IMG/VR virus record: IMGVR_UViG_2563366951_000006
Reading direction: 5' to 3' (one strand)
From: a virus
Taxonomy: Duplodnaviria; Heunggongvirae; Uroviricota; Caudoviricetes
Length of the DNA stretch: 47,886 nucleotides
Below are positions 18,836-28,740 of the stretch, piece by piece (position 1 is the stretch's first letter; each line of letters opens with the position of its first letter). The translations under genes and the position numbers were made by a program. The notes under the pieces were generated by a model. It was not told the origin of the DNA. It did not search any database and saw only the letters and a program-made list of their open reading frames with translations.

Positions 18836-19219
18836 TTACGCCGGGGGTTGAGACTTTTCCCGCGCTTCGTCCGCATTGTTGATCAGGTCAAGCGCCTGTT
18901 TGAGCAGACGTGAGTGCACGGGCCCGTAAATTTCACGCACCTGCTCTTCTTCGTCTACGCTGAATACCGGTTGCTTATCGGTGTCACACAGAACGTCAAT
19001 GAAGAGCACCACGTCAGCGCAAAGATTACGGTGCGCCTTTTCCGATACCGACACATTTTCATCGTCGGCCCCCCCTTTCACCACCTCCTGCCAGCGCAGC
19101 CAGGCTTCACCTGACGGCTCACGGAGAACCACTTTGACGCCTTCCCACTCAGGAACGGCGACCGTCTTATGGCGAAATCCCGACATCTTAGCCAGGGCGA
19201 GATTTTTAATATTCTTCAT
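18836..19219 (-). CDS. Tail assembly chaperone (G-like)
   Basis: 127-aa acidic protein between the major tail gene and the T frame. Confidence 0.7.
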   Translation of the reverse strand: MKNIKNLALAKMSGFRHKTVAVPEWEGVKVVLREPSGEAWLRWQEVVKGGADDENVSVSEKAHRNLCADVVLFIDVLCDTDKQPVFSVDEEEQVREIYGPVHSRLLKQALDLINNADEAREKSQPPA

Positions 19220-19227
19220 GAGACCTC

Positions 19228-19671
19228 TCAGGAGCCAGACTCGATGTTTTCAGGCTTACCTTTCAGGCGCAGGGAGAACGTTGCCGCCACTACGCCGTTG
19301 GTACCGGAAGACCAGGTGTGCTGGCGGATTTCAGCCAGGAACTTAAAGCCCTTGCCGGACGGGAAGATAACCTGGAACGCGTAGGTCGTATCGTTGTCAT
19401 ACGCTTCACGCAAGGCGTCCTGCGCCGGATTCTTGTAGAAGTTACCGGATAGAGAGATTTCTGACGGAGAAGGCAGGCCGTTGATGTTCTCCTGCTCGGT
19501 AGAGCAAAGCGTTGTTACGTCGATATCCTGCTTCTGGCCACCAGTGAACTGAATTTCTTTGATGGTGCAACTCAGATCGAGGAAGGTTGCGGTATCCATC
19601 GTTTCTTTGGTGGCTGGCGCAGAGGAAATAAGGATCTTCGTCAGCTGCGATTTTTCATAAAGTGCAGACAT
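19228..19671 (-). CDS. Putative major tail (tube) protein
   Basis: 147 aa; position immediately upstream of G/T; good spacing to neighbours. Confidence 0.55.
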   Translation of the reverse strand: MSALYEKSQLTKILISSAPATKETMDTATFLDLSCTIKEIQFTGGQKQDIDVTTLCSTEQENINGLPSPSEISLSGNFYKNPAQDALREAYDNDTTYAFQVIFPSGKGFKFLAEIRQHTWSSGTNGVVAATFSLRLKGKPENIESGS

Positions 19672-19730
19672 AGCTGTCTCCTGGTAAAAGAAAACCCGCC
19701 ATTAAGCGGGTTCGTTGGGTGAATTTATTG

Positions 19731-20078
19731 TCAGGGGATAACTTTAAAATCCAGGGTGGCACGGTAGAGCCGATAATCTGGCTCGTAACCGGGGATTTTT
19801 ACCACCTCCGTAGGGTTTAAGGGCTTAAGCGAAGCGAGCGCCAAATCTCTCAGGGTGCGTGATTCAGTGATCGTAGTGGAATACACATCTACCTGAATGG
19901 AAACCCTGCTCTCTGCCTGGCCACACAGCACGTCAGCGGAAACATCATCGACGATGGAAAAGATAATCCAGGGTGGAGAGACAGACGGTTTTCCGTCACT
20001 ACCTAATGGCGCAACGTAGGGATATACCCGCCCTTCTGCCAGGGGAGAAAGCAAAGCGTAGATATCATCTTCATTCAC
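19731..20078 (-). CDS. Tail completion / neck protein (DUF3168-like)
   Basis: 115 aa; position in the HK97-type head-tail joining block. Confidence 0.5.
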   Translation of the reverse strand: MNEDDIYALLSPLAEGRVYPYVAPLGSDGKPSVSPPWIIFSIVDDVSADVLCGQAESRVSIQVDVYSTTITESRTLRDLALASLKPLNPTEVVKIPGYEPDYRLYRATLDFKVIP

Positions 20079-20524
20079 TTGCTCAACACCTCATCAATAG
20101 CCTGATTCATCCTAGCAATGGCGACGCTGGCGGCCTCTTCCTCGCGCGTATCGTAAGCGGGTCGCACAAAAGGATGCGCAGGCATGTTCGCAGTGCCAAT
20201 CTCCACAAAGCGCCAGTAAAAGGCGTTTCTCGGGTTACTCGCCTTCATTGTGTTATCGCTGTTCCCGGTGCGCGGGTTAACACCACGAATATGGACGCCG
20301 GAAGAAATTTCCCCGCGGCGACGGCTTTTTTGGGTCACCACCACCACGTTTTTTTTCAGTTTCCCGGTACGCACGGGAGCGCGGGCGATCACTTCTTCCT
20401 TAAGCACTTCGGCTCCAGCGCGCGTTGCATCACGCAAAACCTTGTTGTTTTCGGCACGGCTCAGTAATTCCAGATCGCGGGATATCTCTTCAAGGCCAGA
20501 AAAATCAAGACTGATATCAATCAT
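20075..20524 (-). CDS. HK97 gp10-family tail component
   Basis: APVRTGKLKKNVVV...FVEIGT pattern typical of the gp10 family. Confidence 0.7.
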   Translation of the reverse strand: MIDISLDFSGLEEISRDLELLSRAENNKVLRDATRAGAEVLKEEVIARAPVRTGKLKKNVVVVTQKSRRRGEISSGVHIRGVNPRTGNSDNTMKASNPRNAFYWRFVEIGTANMPAHPFVRPAYDTREEEAASVAIARMNQAIDEVLSK

Positions 20525-20859
20525 TTTTCCGCTCCATTTTTACAGAGTATTTCCAGCCTGGTGGCTTTACTGTCTGGTATGGGGGGGCCGATGATATTCA
20601 GTACCGCGCCTTTAAATGGTCCTGTGAGCACCTTTAATCTTGACGCAGCAGTCACATCACGCCGGAAACGGACCCACACCCGGATCGTTGCCTGCGCCGT
20701 TTCCGCACCCGATTGCAACTGCTCCCTGCCGCTGATACCCAATACTTCCGCCCATATGGTCTTTCCCTCCTGCCACTCTTCAACCGGCTGGCCTGTCGTA
20801 TCACGAAAAGAAGTAAAGTTCAGGATAGTAACGCGATGGCGTAATCGACCTGCCTGCAT
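20521..20859 (-). CDS. Head-tail joining (head closure) protein
   Basis: N-terminal MQAGRLRHRVTIL motif typical of the family. Confidence 0.75.
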   Translation of the reverse strand: MQAGRLRHRVTILNFTSFRDTTGQPVEEWQEGKTIWAEVLGISGREQLQSGAETAQATIRVWVRFRRDVTAASRLKVLTGPFKGAVLNIIGPPIPDSKATRLEILCKNGAEK

Positions 20860-20867
20860 AATACCTC

Positions 20868-21188
20868 CTACGTTCCCGGTCTTTTGCGGTGCTGTTTGAG
20901 AATCGCCTCAACACCGAATGGAATAGTATTGACGCTGTCGTGACTTACTGGCTCTCTGTTCTCATACCAGTGCGATACAAGCAACATCAGGGCCAGCTTG
21001 ACATCGTCATCAATTACCAGTCCATCCGGGTCATCTTCCGGAACAGCGTCATCATAAAGATGGCGATTAACAATTTTTTCGGCATGTTTCAGAGAGGCAT
21101 TAAGGTACAGTTCCAGCATTACATCTTCGGCATCGTCATCACTGTCGATGCGGCATTGGTAGCGAAGCTCTTGTATGGATGGCTTCAT
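20868..21188 (-). CDS. gp6-like head-tail connector protein
   Basis: ELRYQCRIDSDDDAEDVMLELYLNAS pattern. Confidence 0.7.
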   Translation of the reverse strand: MKPSIQELRYQCRIDSDDDAEDVMLELYLNASLKHAEKIVNRHLYDDAVPEDDPDGLVIDDDVKLALMLLVSHWYENREPVSHDSVNTIPFGVEAILKQHRKRPGT

Positions 21189-21409
21189 TTGGTTTTCCCG
21201 CGTTTTGTTACCGCTGGCTCTGGCTCTGGCTCTGGCTCTGGCTCTGCAGGGACATGAACACCGCCACCACCAAATTTGATAATACCGAGTTCGGTAGCAA
21301 TTTCCTCAGCGCGAGCAGGTAGCTCACCGTCCGGATACACTCCAGCGGGAATGGATTCGACAATACAACCATCTGGGGACCACTTAAGTTCACGCAATAA
21401 TTCAGGCAT
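21185..21409 (-). CDS. Hypothetical small head-region protein with (EP)5 repeat
   Basis: 74 aa; contains EPEPEPEPEP encoded by a hexanucleotide tandem repeat. Confidence 0.45.
   Translation of the reverse strand: MPELLRELKWSPDGCIVESIPAGVYPDGELPARAEEIATELGIIKFGGGGVHVPAEPEPEPEPEPAVTKRGKTK
21215..21244. repeat. Hexanucleotide tandem repeat (TGGCTC)x5
   Basis: Perfect 6-bp unit x5 inside the coding sequence. Confidence 0.85.
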
Positions 21410-21447
21410 AAATCACCTCGAAAAATCGGGGCCGAAGCCCCAGAGAA

Positions 21448-22656
21448 TTAAGCGCCAGTGCCGATCTGCAGCAGTTTAATGGCCTGAGAATCCACCAGCA
21501 TCCCCCCGGTGCGTTTGGTGGTGTAGAAACCAACGAATGGTTTTTTGGTGTAGGGGTCACGAAGAATGCGGGTGCCGATGCGGTCAACAATGGTGTAACC
21601 ACGCTTGAAATTGCCAAATGCAATTGCTTTAGCATCAGCCGCGATATCCGGCATCTGTTCGTTCTCTGCCACACCGTACCCGGCCAGAGAGGAAGGCTGA
21701 CCCAGTTCCAGACCAGGACGCCACAGGTAGTTGCCTTCTGAATCTTTCAGGATTCGGATAGCAAACAGACTGTTGTTGTTCATCATGAACTTAGCGCCAT
21801 TACGATGCACTTTACGCAGCGTGTATACCAGTTTGATGATCGCATCAGCCGTTACGCCTGCCGCAGCTCCAGAGAGAATGTGCTGGAGAGTACCAAATGC
21901 ACGAGTCTTGTCCGGATCAAGCGTGGAGGCGTATGCCAGAAAACCTTTCGGCTTCTTCGTCCCGTTACCGCTGGTAAAGGCGATTTCTTCCTGCTCTGCA
22001 AACTCAATTGCCAGTTCGCTGTTGATCCAGTCTTCGACGTTGAAAAAGGCATCATCCAGCATGGTTTGAGTCGCCTGCGGGTTACCGTAAATTTCTCCCA
22101 TGAACGGCTCAATCTGACCGAGTTTAGACGCATCGGTTTCCGGGCGGGCATCAGTTTCACCAACCCAGCCGGAAGCCGTACCGCCGAGATTAACCAGTTT
22201 TTTATAGTTAGCGCCGCCGACTGTGATGGTTGTCGCCTCCTGGCGCATCACCACTTCATCTTTCAGAAGATTAAGGATCGTGCGATCCAGCTCTTCCGGC
22301 ACGGCGTAGCCACCATCTTCATCCACACCGACCTGCAGAGCTTTGCGTTCAAGTTCGCGCAGCCCGTCATCTTTACCCTTACGCATAAAGCCAATGAAAG
22401 CGGTTTTATGCTCGCTTGCGGCTTTGCTCTGAGAACCACCAGTTGGACGTTTAACCTGCTTCAGTTCCTCTTCCAGCGCGGATTTAAGCTCATCCAGTTC
22501 AGACAACTTGCCGTTTAAGGTTTCAACCTCCCCCGCCAGCTTGCCCTTTTCCTGTTCAACTGCTTCCAGGCGCTTATCGTTCTTTTCTTTGAACGCATCA
22601 AACTTCGCCTGCAGTTCCTGCGCGACCTGCTCTACGTCTTTAACGTCAACTGACAT
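21448..22656 (-). CDS. Major capsid protein, HK97 family, with N-terminal delta/scaffold domain
   Basis: 402 aa; N-terminal coiled coil then HK97-fold region. Confidence 0.9.
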   Translation of the reverse strand: MSVDVKDVEQVAQELQAKFDAFKEKNDKRLEAVEQEKGKLAGEVETLNGKLSELDELKSALEEELKQVKRPTGGSQSKAASEHKTAFIGFMRKGKDDGLRELERKALQVGVDEDGGYAVPEELDRTILNLLKDEVVMRQEATTITVGGANYKKLVNLGGTASGWVGETDARPETDASKLGQIEPFMGEIYGNPQATQTMLDDAFFNVEDWINSELAIEFAEQEEIAFTSGNGTKKPKGFLAYASTLDPDKTRAFGTLQHILSGAAAGVTADAIIKLVYTLRKVHRNGAKFMMNNNSLFAIRILKDSEGNYLWRPGLELGQPSSLAGYGVAENEQMPDIAADAKAIAFGNFKRGYTIVDRIGTRILRDPYTKKPFVGFYTTKRTGGMLVDSQAIKLLQIGTGA

Positions 22657-22669
22657 AATTAACTCCTGA

Positions 22670-23323
22670 TTAAAATTTGATGTTTTTCAGTGCATCCAGT
22701 GCGGTACTCACTTCATCAACATCACGCTGTGAAAGTGAGCCATAACCCCCGGCCATGAATGCTTTAGCCTGGGTGCGTGAGAGCCCAACATCGCGCAGGA
22801 CTCGTTCAATACTTTTTTGAGAAGGGATTTCTCCGCGGGAAAATGCGCTTTTGACATCACTTACCCGCGCTTCATCGTTCGACGGAAACGTTACGAGACT
22901 GACTTCCCACAGGTCGATCTCTTTGAGAAGGAACACGCCCTTAACACGGTCGTACTCCCAGTCTTTCAGCATGTAACCAATAGAAAGGCCGGTTAAAGAA
23001 CCGGCCTTCATGTGGGCGTGTGCGCGTTTCGAAAGGGGATCGTCATCAATGAGTAACCGGCCTTTAACATAAAGGCCAACCTCATCTTCTTTCATCTCAG
23101 TGTAAATACCGATGGGTTCATCCATACGGTGCTGCCAGAGTAATGCAGGGAGAGCATTCTTTTCTTTCCATGCCTGAAGGGAGGCCGAAAAAGCGCCTGG
23201 CACAACAACATCATCGTAGCTGTCCTTTACGCCAAAAACAGAGCCATAGCCTTCAAACTCCCCGCTGTCGCTGACAGACTTTAGCTGTAGCGGAATATCC
23301 AGCCGCTGTTTAGTCATCGGCAT
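22670..23323 (-). CDS. Prohead protease (HK97 family)
   Basis: 217 aa; position between portal and capsid. Confidence 0.88.
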   Translation of the reverse strand: MPMTKQRLDIPLQLKSVSDSGEFEGYGSVFGVKDSYDDVVVPGAFSASLQAWKEKNALPALLWQHRMDEPIGIYTEMKEDEVGLYVKGRLLIDDDPLSKRAHAHMKAGSLTGLSIGYMLKDWEYDRVKGVFLLKEIDLWEVSLVTFPSNDEARVSDVKSAFSRGEIPSQKSIERVLRDVGLSRTQAKAFMAGGYGSLSQRDVDEVSTALDALKNIKF

Positions 23324-24539
23324 TATGTTGCTCCTCGGTTGTTTTGTTCTTGCTGCTGTCTGACGGCTTCGTCGTCATGTTCATTGGCGTAAGGTAAATA
23401 TCTCCGCCTGCGCGTGGGTTAAGTTCTTCAAGTTCCCGGCAGTCATTTGGTGAGTAAATCCCCCAGTTAATGCCTGTTGAATACGCCTCAAATCGCGACT
23501 TCATATCCCCGCGCAGCAATGCGCCGGCATTGAATTTTGCGTAGTACACACCCTGCTTTGATTCCTTCACCAGCCCAATGTTGATTCGCTGCTCAATGCG
23601 GGTCATATACGGAACGAGTGAATAATTGATAAACCCCATGCCGAGGTTTTCAATATTGTTAAACGTAGAGCGGTCAGTGTTCTGCACCATGTGCATCGGC
23701 ACCCGGAACAGGCGGCATATTTCCTCCAGCTGAAATTTTCTGGTCTCAAGGAACTGACTGTCTTCCGCATTGAGCGCCATCGACTTCCAGTCCAGTCCCA
23801 TTTCGAGAATCATTGGTCGGTGCGCGTTGCTCAGCCCGAGGTGACGATCCTCAAAATCTTTTTTCAGCCTTGCGTAAGCAGCATCAGTGAGAGTTTGTTC
23901 AGTACGGAGTACGCCGGAGGTAACCGCGCCATTTGAGAACAACCGAGCCCCATGTTCCTCTGTTGCCATTCCCAGAGATATTGCTTCTCTTGCATAGGCT
24001 ATAGGGTTGAGCCCCACCAGTCCGTCAAAGGTAAGCGTTCTGACATGCCAGATATCATCCTGCCCAAGCACATCTGTTGAACCATCGGGGAATGTTACCT
24101 GGTAAACCGGCTGCCACTGGCTGTTAAGCTTTGGTTCAACACACCCGGGGTCAATAGGAAGCAGCTCCACCACCTCGCCAAGCGCTTTAACTTTGTAGGC
24201 GTAAAAATTACCGCGAAGACAAAGACAGACAATGACCAGCTCCCAGAACTCCTGGGGGGTCATGTAATCATTTGGCTTCATCGTCAGTAATTTATGCAGC
24301 CTTTCAGAAGTCGCTTTTTGTTTACTGTTTCCGGTTATCTTGTACAGGTTACAGGGCAGCATACCCATCGACTCAGCAAGAACCCTGATACAACCGAAAA
24401 CTGCTGTAAGCCGCATGGCTTTCTGGCTGCTTACCCTTTTCCCTGTATAGGTGTCGTAAGTCATTCCCACTGCTTCAGCGAGTTCTGCCGGAGTAGTGAC
24501 AGGGGCGTCACTTTTTTTGAACATTCCGGGGAAAAACAT
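23310..24539 (-). CDS. Portal protein (HK97 family)
   Basis: 409 aa; downstream of terminase large subunit. Confidence 0.9.
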   Translation of the reverse strand: MFFPGMFKKSDAPVTTPAELAEAVGMTYDTYTGKRVSSQKAMRLTAVFGCIRVLAESMGMLPCNLYKITGNSKQKATSERLHKLLTMKPNDYMTPQEFWELVIVCLCLRGNFYAYKVKALGEVVELLPIDPGCVEPKLNSQWQPVYQVTFPDGSTDVLGQDDIWHVRTLTFDGLVGLNPIAYAREAISLGMATEEHGARLFSNGAVTSGVLRTEQTLTDAAYARLKKDFEDRHLGLSNAHRPMILEMGLDWKSMALNAEDSQFLETRKFQLEEICRLFRVPMHMVQNTDRSTFNNIENLGMGFINYSLVPYMTRIEQRINIGLVKESKQGVYYAKFNAGALLRGDMKSRFEAYSTGINWGIYSPNDCRELEELNPRAGGDIYLTPMNMTTKPSDSSKNKTTEEQHNADD

Positions 24540-24724
24540 CAGTCAGTCCCTCCTCGCAATGTTTTCCCGGCCAGCGAAAGCGTGCGGGAAACCAGCCATG
24601 ACCAGATAAGGCAAAGCATACCCGCACTGATTAAGCCTCCAGGCGGATAAATCATCCATACACCAAACGAAAGCAAAATAGCGCCCATCACCCCGATCAG
24701 TGGGGCGAGAATCATCAGGATCAT
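24539..24724 (-). CDS. Small hydrophobic protein (hypothetical)
   Basis: 61 aa, two hydrophobic segments; fills the terminase-portal gap. Confidence 0.35.
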   Translation of the reverse strand: MILMILAPLIGVMGAILLSFGVWMIYPPGGLISAGMLCLIWSWLVSRTLSLAGKTLRGGTD

Positions 24725-24734
24725 AACTGCCTCT

Positions 24735-26492
24735 TTATAATGAACGGACGCCGTAACTTTCCAGATGGTCAGAGAGGCTGTCCTGTTGTTCGCCGCCGTT
24801 TACAAGCATGCGGCTCATTGCGGTAAACAAGGCGGCAGGCCCGTCTATTTTCGCTTCTGGCGTGGATTTGTTCGGAAAGATATTGTCGTTTTTGTCAGGC
24901 TTGACGGTGACGTTAGACATCATCCAGTTCATAACCGGATGATTGCTGTGATGAAAACGCCCACCATAAACCAGAGACTCCACTTCTTTCATTGACTCAG
25001 AAAAGTTTCTGACCGTTTGCGGAACCTCTACCAGCGGCACACCCTCTTCTGCCAGAGCCAGGCTAAACTGCGTTGCGCTCCAGGGGTCAAACCCGGTTTC
25101 CTTCAGGTTTTCGCCGCTAATCCATTCCAGAAAATCAGCTTTAATCTGCGCATGATCGATAACATCACCATCGGTCAGTTCCAGCTTTCCAAGCTCGGCC
25201 CATTTGCGATACATCTGCGCCATTTGAGCGGAACATTTTTCCAGCCGCCCTTCGGGTAACCAGAATTTAAAGTCTGCATGCGCGTGGCCGTTGTCTGCCC
25301 GCCAGAGTTTTACTGCTGCGCAAATATCAATCTTGTGGGCCAGATCCACGCCAGCCCACATCGGGTAGGTTTTCAGCTCATGACGGGGGGCTATAAACTC
25401 ACAGTTTTCCCACTTAATCATGTCCATCCAGGCTGACTCTGCCGTCACCCAGATATTCATGTGTTTGGTAAAAAAGTTAACCCTGGCGGAAACCTGTTCT
25501 TTGGCCTTCTTAGCCAGGCGGCGAAGATCATCCCAGCGCTTACAGATACCAAGCCCAGGGTTAGCCTTTTGCCAGACCGTTTCATCAAACGGATCATCAT
25601 CCTTATCCAGGGTGAAGATGATGGCGAAAAAGGTATCGTCTTTTACCGCGCCTTCCACTTCGCTGTTATAACCACGCAGCACCTTAATGGCATAATCGCG
25701 CAGCTCGTAACAAATACCTTCTTTGTTAAAACCCGCTGTCGTTATGCCAAACAGAAGGGACTGCAATCGTGCGCCGGTTGCAGTCTCCAGAACGTCCCAG
25801 ACATCACGGGTTTTATGCGCATGAAGTTCGTCGACGATGCCACAATGGATATTGAGACCATCCAGATTGTTGGCATCAGAAGAAAGCGGTTCAAACTTGG
25901 ATGCTGTCTGCTCCTGGTAGATCGCCAGTTTATTGAATTCAAACAGTCGCCCCAGTGTGGGTTTCGCTTTTTTAACCATGTTTTTCGCATCTTCAAAAAC
26001 GATGCGAGCCTGATCCCGCGTTGTCGCTGCGGAATAAACCTCTGCCCCGCCCTCACCATCGGCGCCAGCCATATAGAGACCAACGCCAGAGGATAATGTC
26101 GACTTGGCGTTTTTACGGGCTACCTCGTTATATGCCGTGCGAAACCTGCGGACCATCACAGGACGGCCACTGCCATCATTACGCAACACAACTTCGCCTG
26201 TTTCTTCATTTACCAGGGGGATAACAAAACCGAAGATGTTGATAAGAATGAAAACATGCCAGTCCATCAGCTCAATCGGCTGGCCTGCCAGTGCTCCTTT
26301 AACATGAGGCACGAATTTATAGAAGTTGAGGATGTGCTGTGCGCGGGGCTCGCTGAAATAGATACCACGTTCTTCACCGTACTTCAGATCATCAAGAAAA
26401 CGCTGGCAGGCGAGACGGACAAATTCACAAGTGATAACTTCACCGGCAACGACGCGTTCGGCGTAACGTATCCCATCGGAAACTTTAGCCAT
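24735..26492 (-). CDS. Terminase large subunit
   Basis: 585 aa; ATPase and nuclease-region motifs. Confidence 0.93.
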   Translation of the reverse strand: MAKVSDGIRYAERVVAGEVITCEFVRLACQRFLDDLKYGEERGIYFSEPRAQHILNFYKFVPHVKGALAGQPIELMDWHVFILINIFGFVIPLVNEETGEVVLRNDGSGRPVMVRRFRTAYNEVARKNAKSTLSSGVGLYMAGADGEGGAEVYSAATTRDQARIVFEDAKNMVKKAKPTLGRLFEFNKLAIYQEQTASKFEPLSSDANNLDGLNIHCGIVDELHAHKTRDVWDVLETATGARLQSLLFGITTAGFNKEGICYELRDYAIKVLRGYNSEVEGAVKDDTFFAIIFTLDKDDDPFDETVWQKANPGLGICKRWDDLRRLAKKAKEQVSARVNFFTKHMNIWVTAESAWMDMIKWENCEFIAPRHELKTYPMWAGVDLAHKIDICAAVKLWRADNGHAHADFKFWLPEGRLEKCSAQMAQMYRKWAELGKLELTDGDVIDHAQIKADFLEWISGENLKETGFDPWSATQFSLALAEEGVPLVEVPQTVRNFSESMKEVESLVYGGRFHHSNHPVMNWMMSNVTVKPDKNDNIFPNKSTPEAKIDGPAALFTAMSRMLVNGGEQQDSLSDHLESYGVRSL

Positions 26493-26965
26493 TAGTCCCT
26501 CGCTTTCATAAATTCAGCAATAAGATCAACTTCGCCCGGAGTTTTTGTACTTACTTTCGATCGACTGGCAGGCGTCATTCCGAACTCACCAAGCATGGCT
26601 CGCAGCCTTTTCCAGGCGTCGGCTTTCATAATTGCTGCCGGATGTGCCTTTATCATGACGTCACCAGTCTGCGTTTCAGTTCGGTACGTATACCCCTCAA
26701 TCTCCAGCGTGTCGCAGTGATGTCTGTATTCGGTATACGCTTCCACAAGCAGTTCAAGGGCTCGCCCGTCAAGCTGGGAGATCACGCCGATGGCGTCCAA
26801 CTCTTCAGCCATCCGCTTAAACCAGTACTTCCCCTGCTTGTCGAAATGCTTGGGAACTGGGGGGACCCCTTTAGGTGGTTTCGGCTCGTTATTGTTGATC
26901 GGTCGTTTTGATGGGTTACCCCTCACCAAACGCAGATGGGTAGGGGTTTTCGGCGGTCCTGACAT
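26492..26965 (-). CDS. Terminase small subunit (P27 family)
   Basis: 157 aa; directly upstream of and overlapping the terminase large subunit. Confidence 0.85.
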   Translation of the reverse strand: MSGPPKTPTHLRLVRGNPSKRPINNNEPKPPKGVPPVPKHFDKQGKYWFKRMAEELDAIGVISQLDGRALELLVEAYTEYRHHCDTLEIEGYTYRTETQTGDVMIKAHPAAIMKADAWKRLRAMLGEFGMTPASRSKVSTKTPGEVDLIAEFMKARD

Positions 26966-27121
26966 AATCGAAAACTCCTATTAATCATCGGCTGGGGAAC
27001 CCCAAAAAAAGTTTTCTAACCTGCGGCGATGTGAAGAAAGGCTAGGCGGCGGTCCTTTTGGCGCCCGGTTACAGGGATTTGACCTCCCCCTCCCCTCCAC
27101 ATCCGTTGATGGTAATCATTA

Positions 27122-27472
27122 TCATTTGAAGCGTTCACGCCCTGTTTTCGAGCGGTGGCAAGGCCAGCACAGGCTTTCAAGGTTCGAATCATCATCGGTA
27201 CCCCCATGAGCCTTAGCCTTGATATGGTCAACGGTTGTGGCCGCGACAGCGCGTCCAGTACGCAGGCAGTTCTGACACAGATGATTATCACGCTTCAGGA
27301 TGCGCGCGCGCTTGATATCCCACTTGCCGCCGTAACCACGCTCATGGCGGCTCTTACCCTGCTGGTGCTGTTGCCAGCCCTCATTTCGATGCTGCTCACA
27401 GTAGCCTGAACGGTCCGTAGTCGTACCGGGACAACCTCTCTTGCGACATGCGCGAGGGATTAACGCTGGCAT
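27122..27472 (-). CDS. HNH endonuclease (terminase-associated)
   Basis: CQNCLRTGR...VDHIKAKAHGGTDD.SNLESLCWPCH HNH motif; located upstream of the terminase genes as in HK97-like phages. Confidence 0.88.
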   Translation of the reverse strand: MPALIPRACRKRGCPGTTTDRSGYCEQHRNEGWQQHQQGKSRHERGYGGKWDIKRARILKRDNHLCQNCLRTGRAVAATTVDHIKAKAHGGTDDDSNLESLCWPCHRSKTGRERFK

Positions 27473-27693
27473 GGTTCAATCCTCACGGAACCGTAGAGCG
27501 TATGCCGCTTCACTTCACCGTTCTCTGCCGTCATATAACCACGCTCATCAGGAACGGCTGCGATTACTTCGCCCTTCTCATCGTCAGCAGTGAAGACATG
27601 CTTAACTTCAACACCATTGAGATAAACGCTATACCGCTCTTTGCTGAGGTTTATTTTTCTTCCAGGATCATCATCTAAAACGGTTAGTCTCAT
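27460..27693 (-). CDS. Hypothetical phage protein
   Basis: 77-aa ORF in the late operon. Confidence 0.45.
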   Translation of the reverse strand: MRLTVLDDDPGRKINLSKERYSVYLNGVEVKHVFTADDEKGEVIAAVPDERGYMTAENGEVKRHTLYGSVRIEPCQR

Positions 27694-27781
27694 TCTTATC
27701 CCCTACTTGGTATATTGATTATCTTATTCGCTTGAAGGGATAACCATTATCAAGCCCACCCGTAAATGGGCTTTGTAATGG

Positions 27782-28045
27782 CTACTTCACTTTTGCTTTT
27801 GCTTCCGCTCGCTTACGCCGGCGCTCTTCTTTCCTCTCGGCTTTTGCCATGTCCATGAATGCCTGCATGATCGAGTTCCGCATCATGTAGCTAACAAAGT
27901 GATGATTGACACAGCCGTTTAGGCGCAGCTGCTCGCCAAACTCATCCACCGAGGCCAATGCTTCCATCATGCCCTTCTCGCCTTTCATGAACTCTGAGAA
28001 GTCGCGCCCCGCTCTGGAGGCGCATTCAATGACACGATCACTCAT
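27782..28045 (-). CDS. Hypothetical phage protein
   Basis: 87 aa with Lys/Arg-rich C-terminus. Confidence 0.45.
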   Translation of the reverse strand: MSDRVIECASRAGRDFSEFMKGEKGMMEALASVDEFGEQLRLNGCVNHHFVSYMMRNSIMQAFMDMAKAERKEERRRKRAEAKAKVK

Positions 28046-28539
28046 CCCGGAAGCCCGGGGATCGTAATCTGCAGCTGGTTAGCCAGGGAGTTAATCTCAG
28101 CGACCAACACTGGCTTCGTATAGCGCCATGCCGCCAGCCCTTGTCCGCAGAAACTCGCCATGTCTTTCTTCTGGTCAAACTCATGACATTTCATGTTGAG
28201 CTGCGCACTTAAGCTGTTGCGATGCTGAAGTTCTCCGGTGAAGTAGTCATCGAGGACTTTATAGGCCGCGTACTTGAACCCGGGGTTTAACCAAGCCGCA
28301 TAATCGTAAGCAACAAACTTCCCGCCATATGTTCCACCGTGTACACCGCGCTCAGTAAAAACCACAGATTCGTGGTTTTTCTCCAGCTCGGCTAAGAACT
28401 CTTTGGTCTGCTTGTTTCGCAGGTAGTGGTAAGGCGATTCAGATTCACTTTTACCACTGGCTTTCCACATATCAGTGAGGCAGATCATGCCATCTTCACC
28501 GATACGAATTGGTTGATTGAAGAGGGTTAATGATTTCAT
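28042..28539 (-). CDS. KilA-N domain protein
   Basis: DGMICLTDMWKASGK...KQTKEFLAELEKN fits the KilA-N pattern. Confidence 0.6.
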   Translation of the reverse strand: MKSLTLFNQPIRIGEDGMICLTDMWKASGKSESESPYHYLRNKQTKEFLAELEKNHESVVFTERGVHGGTYGGKFVAYDYAAWLNPGFKYAAYKVLDDYFTGELQHRNSLSAQLNMKCHEFDQKKDMASFCGQGLAAWRYTKPVLVAEINSLANQLQITIPGLPG

Positions 28540-28740
28540 AGCGTGTACCTACTCTTTGAAATGAACCTTTGCCGCACAGGAAACCAGCCCACCGAGGCTC
28601 GCCAGCACTAACTGGTATCCTCAAAGGCCCATTCCAAAGGGGCAGGTTCGGTGTAAAAAACATGCGTTGCGGTACGCATTTATTGCAAAAAGCCCCGCAT
28701 CGCGAGGCTCATTAAATTGACTTTGTGATTTGCAAAAAAA

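Noticed and set aside
21731-22518. Plus-strand ORFs (for example 21805..22518, 237 aa) opposite the major capsid gene
   Set aside because: Antisense to the HK97-type capsid gene; no start context.
25461-26096. 211-aa plus-strand ORF opposite the terminase large subunit
   Set aside because: Antisense shadow ORF inside a high-confidence gene.
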